Of a DNA stretch of 64,000 bases, positions 59,701 through 64,000 are shown in pieces. The translations under genes were made by a program, and so were the position numbers. The stretch covers positions 13,564-77,563 of the forward strand of contig JAFGMO010000082.1 of the NCBI GenBank assembly GCA_016927475.1, given 5' to 3'. This stretch comes from Candidatus Aminicenantes bacterium (GTDB lineage: Bacteria; Acidobacteriota; Aminicenantia; Aminicenantales; Aminicenantaceae). Under the pieces are notes generated by a model. The model was not told the origin of the DNA, ran no database searches, and saw only the letters and a list, made by a program, of their open reading frames with translations. Numbering within the stretch: position 1 is the first letter of the stretch; each line of letters starts with the position of its first letter.

Positions 59701-60114
59701 ATCGATGCGGCTGATCTGCGGCTCCTGGAAAAGATCGGCGGGCAGTTCCGACCTGGCGTCATCAACAGCTTGTTTGACGTCGAGGTAAGCTTGAACGTCA
59801 TTGGTGGACAGTTCGAATTCGATAAAAATGGAGGAGTAGTCCTGGATGGATTGGCTGTTGATATGTTTGACACCTTCTATTCCTTTGATGTGTTTCTCAA
59901 GCGGCCTGGTGATAAGATTTTCCACGTCGGCGGGAGAGGTTCCCGGGTGCAGGGTTCCGATCATAAAATAGGGGAAAACGATTTCAGGAAATTTTTCCTT
60001 GGGGGTGCTGTTGTACTGCATGATCCCGAAAATGATGAGGAGGATGGTGAAGATATAGACGGTGGTCCGGTTTTCCACGGCCAGGTTGGATATTTTAAAC
60101 TGAGGATGTTTCAT
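56788..60114 (-). CDS. RND efflux transporter permease (AcrB/AcrD/AcrF family)
   Basis: PKEKFPEI, GIVVDNSIVVVENI, GIVVKNGI, RL.PVLLTA. Confidence 0.93.
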   Translation of the reverse strand: MKHPQFKISNLAVENRTTVYIFTILLIIFGIMQYNSTPKEKFPEIVFPYFMIGTLHPGTSPADVENLITRPLEKHIKGIEGVKHINSQSIQDYSSIFIEFELSTNDVQAYLDVKQAVDDARSELPADLFQEPQISRIDLSEIPILFINLSGDIGLVQLKKYADELQEKIEALEEISKADIAGALDREIQINVDLYKMQAAGISFNTIQSAVAAENLTISGGRIDEGGMRRNLRLVGEFDTADQIADIQLQNGLAVRDIAEVVDGYKERESYARLNSQDVVTLNVVKKSGKNLIYAVDKIKDIVSEFRKTSPNNLNIILTGDTSNQTRNNVSDLFNTIIVGFIVVVFVLMFFMGETNALFVGIAIPMSIIVAFIFVPVVGYTMNMVVLMSFILVLGIVVDNSIVVVENIYRHYMNTPNLPIIPATKRGAGEVALAVFTGTLTTMAPFFPLIFMPGIAGKFMSFLPVTIIITLSASMLVAYVINPVFAVSFMKYIPPEEKPNPWKIPRKKLLIAGGIAFLAVIFYISGNMLPANILMLGVLLYFLLKTVLQFLIEKFQNRFLPRMMGTYKKSLAFFLRGRRPFGVLAGIIILMSFSFILLGLRRPQVVFFPKGDPNSLYVYITMPEGTHIDVTNDICRRVEDIVFDVLGDENPNVESVVSNVAVNAGSGLFERFPQDKLAKVTVTFVEYKFRTGDKPTQSYLEELRSAVSGIPGAEIRIDSDVMGPSSGMPINIEISGDDIEKLINITERLQKFINNIGVEGIEELKSSMEVNKPEIILKVDRDKANRLGLSTAQIGIMLRTAVYGSEISEFKEGEEGYPIQLRLAEEYRDNLDALLNLKLTAPPRGDRSPSRIPISSVADITYRTSYGSITRVDNKRTITLSSNVLTGYNANQIIQTINRALPKFELEPGYTVQFTGEQDTQAEVGEYLVKALFIALALIFIILVFQFNSLGKPLIIITQIFFSFTGVFLGFALFGMDVSVIMTGMGIIAVAGIVVKNGIIIVDYTDKRFPGSKNKLDAVIDAGATRLYPVLLTALSTILGLLPLAIGLNFNFQTFFTRLDPQMYWGGDNAAFWNPLAWTIIFGLAFATVLTLIVVPAMYTIFYVKKSK

Positions 60115-61253
60115 TGTGATGTTCCATTGATGGATATGGGCTGTCCGTCTCCAAGGTTCTGAAAGCCGAAAACGATCACGTTTTCTCCAGATGAGAGGCC
60201 TCCGGTGATTTCCACGCGGTTGGCGTAGTCTTCTCCGGTTGTTATCACTCGTTTCCGGGCGACCATGTTGCCGTTTTTCTGTTCCGCCACAAAAATGAAG
60301 TTATTTTCTCCCGTCTTCTGGATGATATTCCGGGGAACCACCAAAGCTTGTGGGTTGGTGTAATCGTTGATGGTGACGACCGCCAGCATATTGGGTTTGA
60401 TGTTTTTTATGGTCCTGGGAATCAGGATTTCGATGTCGAATGTCCGGTTGTCGGGATCGATAACCTGGGAAACGGCATGCAGCCGCTGTTCGAATTGTAT
60501 TCCGGCTACAGGAATGGAGATTTGAGCGATATCCTGCTGCTCGATTCTGGTGATGTGATTTTCGGAAAGGGAGGCCGTGATCTTAAGACGGGATAATTGG
60601 ACGATTCGGAAAGCACCGTAACCGCCGGCGGCCATTTCTCCCTCTTTAATCATAACTTCATCGATGGTTCCGGAAATGGGAGCCGTGATAAGGGTCATTT
60701 GATACTGCTCTTGAAGGGTCAGCAATTTTTTCTCCAAAGCTTCTTTATTGTTTTTGGCCTGCAGGTATTCGATTTCACTGCCGATATTTTTTTCCCAAAG
60801 CCGGGCCCGGCGTTCGAAAACGGTACGGGCCAATACCAATCCGTTCTTGACTTCTTCGATACTCCGTTGGATGACGGACGCATCCAATTCGGCCAGAATC
60901 TGTCCTTTTGTCACCCGGTCTCCGGTCCGAACATGCAGCGTTTGAACCAGCCCCGGAGTCTGGGGGGATACCAGGATATTTGATTCGGATTCCACCGTTC
61001 CTTGAACGGTGATGAAATGCCGGAATTCTTGTAGGGCCACTTCCTTGATTTGCACGGGGACAGGTTCCCGAAAACGTTCCGCGCCGTTTTCCGCCGAACG
61101 TTCAGCCCGAAGCCGGTCGATTTTTTCGTTCAGGGCATCTCTTTCCTTGATCAGGCGCTCAAGTTCAGATTGGTTGTTTGCGGGACGGCAGGCGTAAAGA
61201 CCTAAGAGGATTCCCGTTAAGATGATGGTTTTTTTTATGCTTGCTTTTTTCAT
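60111..61253 (-). CDS. RND periplasmic adaptor (lipoprotein)
   Basis: Lipobox LYAC, V..GDRV.KGQ.L, APISG, IDPDNRTF. Confidence 0.92.
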   Translation of the reverse strand: MKKASIKKTIILTGILLGLYACRPANNQSELERLIKERDALNEKIDRLRAERSAENGAERFREPVPVQIKEVALQEFRHFITVQGTVESESNILVSPQTPGLVQTLHVRTGDRVTKGQILAELDASVIQRSIEEVKNGLVLARTVFERRARLWEKNIGSEIEYLQAKNNKEALEKKLLTLQEQYQMTLITAPISGTIDEVMIKEGEMAAGGYGAFRIVQLSRLKITASLSENHITRIEQQDIAQISIPVAGIQFEQRLHAVSQVIDPDNRTFDIEILIPRTIKNIKPNMLAVVTINDYTNPQALVVPRNIIQKTGENNFIFVAEQKNGNMVARKRVITTGEDYANRVEITGGLSSGENVIVFGFQNLGDGQPISINGTSQ

Positions 61254-61276
61254 GGTTTTGTCCTTATGGTTCCGGT

Positions 61277-62662
61277 TTAATAATTATGGGTGATCCGGTC
61301 CAGCCGGTTTTTGGCGCTCAGCAGCCCGGACATGGCTTGAATATACTGTGATTGGCCGTTCAGGTATTTGTCGTGTGCTTGAGTAAGCTCCATACTGGAT
61401 GAAACTCCTTCTTTGTATTTTTCCAGGGTTACATGATAAATCTTTTCGGAAAGTTCCCTGTTGGTTTTCATGTTGATATAATTATCATAAGCGGATTTCA
61501 GACCGCTGACAGCTCTTTCCATTTCCAGGCGCAGTCCTTCTCCGGCTTGAATCCTTGTCTTTCGGGCTTTTTCCAAAGCAAGCGACGCCTGCTTCACCCG
61601 GGCCGATTGGGCCCCGCTCTTGAACAGGGGGATGCTGACGTTTATGCCCAGGATTTGAGCCCGGAACCAGTTGGCGTCTTTGCTGAAAAAATCGATCTTG
61701 TCACGGTAGGAATTGCGCTGGTAGGAATAAAAAGCGGAAACGGTCGGCAGGTACTTGGACTTTTCGTTTTTCAAGGCCAGTTCGGCGAGTTTTTCCTGGG
61801 TCTGAAGAAGCTGATAATCAAGATTGTCTTCGAGTTCGAATTCTGCCTCCCATGCCTTCTCCGGATTAAGGGCCTGAATAAATGAATACAAAGAATCTTC
61901 CAGTTCGATCTTTTCGCCCAGCTCCAACCCCATTTGAAATTTCAGCAGTTTATAGGCTACCTCTATCTGGCGGCGAAGGGCTTGCAGTCCGTTTTTCAGG
62001 CTGTTGACGGAAACCTGGATCAAATCCACATCCGTCTCGGACACGAAACCTTCCTTGTGAAGCTCTTTGATTTCAAAATGGGTTTTTTGGAGGTTATTCA
62101 AGCTGGCCTGTAAGATTTTTTCGCTTTCTTCCGATACGAGGATGAGAAAATATGTGTCGGTAACCGTCTCTTGAATGTCCAGCTCCGTTCTCTCCAAACC
62201 CTGGTCGGCAAGACGGCGGTAAATCTTTGATGTTTGAAGGCCTACGAAATAACTGCCGTTGAAAACTAGTTGGTTGACCTGGACTGTGAACGTGGCGTTA
62301 TGCTGAGTGCCGAATTGGACCGGAATTTTTTCGTCGAATTTCCCTTCAAAAAAATTGGGTATAAGAACGGTTGTGAGTTCCAGGTTGTTGAGGTAATTCA
62401 GAGAGGAACTGATTTGAGGAAGACCGGCGGCGGTGGTTTCACGTATTTTTTTTCCGGCGGATTCTACATCCAGCCGGGATTTGACAGCGTCGTAATTGTG
62501 CTGAACGGCGAATTCACGGGCGGCTTCCAGGCTGAAAGAGCGAGTTTTGGTTTTGTGCTGAGGAGAAGAAGCGGCGGATGCAGTTATGGCCGAGAAAAAA
62601 TATCCGGCGATGAGAAAAAAAGCATGAATTTTGATGTGGTTTCTTCGTGTCGTATTTATCAT
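61277..62662 (-). CDS. TolC family outer-membrane channel
   Basis: SLE.A...A..HN, LP.VS, IPLF, KYKEGV.S..EL..A. Confidence 0.9.
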   Translation of the reverse strand: MINTTRRNHIKIHAFFLIAGYFFSAITASAASSPQHKTKTRSFSLEAAREFAVQHNYDAVKSRLDVESAGKKIRETTAAGLPQISSSLNYLNNLELTTVLIPNFFEGKFDEKIPVQFGTQHNATFTVQVNQLVFNGSYFVGLQTSKIYRRLADQGLERTELDIQETVTDTYFLILVSEESEKILQASLNNLQKTHFEIKELHKEGFVSETDVDLIQVSVNSLKNGLQALRRQIEVAYKLLKFQMGLELGEKIELEDSLYSFIQALNPEKAWEAEFELEDNLDYQLLQTQEKLAELALKNEKSKYLPTVSAFYSYQRNSYRDKIDFFSKDANWFRAQILGINVSIPLFKSGAQSARVKQASLALEKARKTRIQAGEGLRLEMERAVSGLKSAYDNYINMKTNRELSEKIYHVTLEKYKEGVSSSMELTQAHDKYLNGQSQYIQAMSGLLSAKNRLDRITHNY

Positions 62663-62692
62663 GATATACCTTATCGAAATAAAATGTGTTTA

Positions 62693-62754
62693 GCCTGCAC
62701 TATTCACGTGCCGACCATTACCCTCTTATCCCTCGAATCGTGAACAGCACAGGC
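62693..62754. repeat. Degenerate copy E of the inverted-repeat family
   Basis: GCCTGCACTATTCACG ... CGTGAACAGCACAGGC (13 of 16 complementary), about 30 nt upstream of the tolC start. Confidence 0.55.
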
Positions 62755-62928
62755 GGTACGAAGGTTAAATAAGGAGGTTATGTGAGTGTTTCAAAACTCA
62801 ACTATAAATAAGAATATTAGCATAAATCAAATAAAAAGAATAGGACTAATTTCAACTTAGGCTGGTCTCATTTTGTGATATAGATAGTGGTCTAAAACGG
62901 GCGAGGGAAAAAGAAGAATCTCATCGAT

Positions 62929-63999
62929 TCAACCCAGAAAGAGGTCCTTTGAGGCAAAATTAGGATTACTGGTCAAGTTGAGACCGAGCATTTTCAGGCC
63001 CGCCTCGTCTCCGGGTGTCGGCATATGGGTCATATGGACTTCGCAGCCGCGGAGTTCAGCCAGTTGGGAAAGGGCCTGCTGGGCCGCAGGATTTGTTGTT
63101 GCGCTGATGCTGAGGCTGATGAGGGTTCCTTCGAGGTCGAGACTGGCGGATTTCGAGCGGAGGACATTCTTTTTCAAGGCGGAGACCGACTCTAAGATGG
63201 AGAGGGGAAGCAAGGGAATGGAATCAGGTATGCCGGCCAGGGATTTTACGGCATTCAAAACAAGACTCGAAGCGGCGTGCATCAGGGGGGAGTTTTTACC
63301 CGTAATAATAACTCCGTTTTTGAGCTCGATGGCCGCTCCGCAGTAAATTCCTTTGTGGCCCTTGTTGCGGGTTCTTGCTTCGTCAGCGGCCCGGCGAGCG
63401 GCTGGGACTGTTTTCCGGTCTTCAATAGAGACGTTCATCTCCTTCATCAGGAGTTCGACTCTTTCGACGACTTTTTTATCCACAAATCCCATGGCCTGCT
63501 CACAGCTGTAGCGGAAGTATCTTCGAATGACTTCCTGCCGGGCGGCTTCGGTAACAACCTCGTCGTCGACAATGCCTGCGCTGACCCGGTTGACGCCCAT
63601 ATCGGTCGGAGATTCGTAGATGGTTTTTTTATGGGTCAGCTCCTCCAAGATTCTTCGAAGAACGGGAAAGATTTCAATATCCCTGTTGTAATTGACGGCC
63701 GTTTTGCCGTATTTTTCAAGATGAAAGGGGTCGATCAGATTTTTATCTCCCAGGTCAGCGGTCGCCGCTTCGTAGGCGGCGTTGACCGGATGCTTGAGCG
63801 GAATGTCCCAGATGGGGAAGGTCTCGAATTTGGCGTAACCCGATGGGACACCGTGCTTGTAATCGTGGTACATCTGGGAAAGGCAGGTGGCCAGTTTTCC
63901 GCTTCCGGGGCCCGGCCCGGTGACGACGACAAGAGGTTTTTTTGTGATGATATATTCATTTGCTCCGTATCCTTCGTCACTGACGATGGTTTCAATCTC
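62929..63999 (-). CDS. DUF1846 family protein (5'-truncated by window edge)
   Basis: Frame open to the edge: GPGPGSGKLATCLSQ, YAKFETFPIW, YNRDIEIFP, SPTDMGVN. Confidence 0.9.
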   Translation of the reverse strand, partial: EIETIVSDEGYGANEYIITKKPLVVVTGPGPGSGKLATCLSQMYHDYKHGVPSGYAKFETFPIWDIPLKHPVNAAYEAATADLGDKNLIDPFHLEKYGKTAVNYNRDIEIFPVLRRILEELTHKKTIYESPTDMGVNRVSAGIVDDEVVTEAARQEVIRRYFRYSCEQAMGFVDKKVVERVELLMKEMNVSIEDRKTVPAARRAADEARTRNKGHKGIYCGAAIELKNGVIITGKNSPLMHAASSLVLNAVKSLAGIPDSIPLLPLSILESVSALKKNVLRSKSASLDLEGTLISLSISATTNPAAQQALSQLAELRGCEVHMTHMPTPGDEAGLKMLGLNLTSNPNFASKDLFLG

Positions 64000-64000
64000 C

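Noticed and set aside
62697-62714. CGGCAC on the minus strand upstream of tolC as a sigma54 promoter
   Set aside because: No GC at the GG-N10 position; better explained as repeat copy E
1-64000. CRISPR arrays, rRNA, transposases, integrases, inteins in dnaB or polA, frameshifted pseudogenes
   Set aside because: No regularly spaced repeats or such coding motifs were seen; core genes have normal lengths

Overview
Core-genome window around the replication origin of an anaerobic diderm bacterium. Gene order and content suggest Acidobacteriota, possibly Aminicenantia; this is inference only. From left to right: 3' part of polA, a GNAT-like gene, rnfCDGEAB with RseC-like and NusG-II accessory genes, dnaN and dnaA with DnaA boxes (oriC), a sigma54-preceded TPR/lipoprotein/peptidase-PD40-Omp85 operon, rpmB, rel, gmhB, waaF, an FmdB-type gene, an AmmeMemo B-A fusion, a LolA-like gene, ispE-tRNA(Gln)-prs-rplY-pth-rpsF-rpsR-rplI-dnaB-mlaEFD-radA-PIN/TRAM-ispDF, a beta-propeller diguanylate cyclase, gltX, apbE, a 3-keto-glycoside degradation locus, rlmB, an ECF sigma/anti-sigma pair, a PadR plus orphan ABC permease, an RND efflux triplet and a partial DUF1846 gene. 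Two unannotated signals stand out. (1) Two tandem paralogous secreted-peptide genes (one absent from the ORF track) share a conserved 40-aa leader and carry variable hydrophobic Gly-terminated tails. One has a consensus sigma54 promoter with tandem enhancer-like sites, and both sit directly upstream of the periplasmic-sensor diguanylate cyclase, making a candidate peptide-signalling/c-di-GMP module. (2) A family of miniature inverted-repeat elements (terminus CCTG[T/C]ATTATTC) has five intergenic copies. One of them landed in the first codons of ispE and supplies the gene's new start codon.
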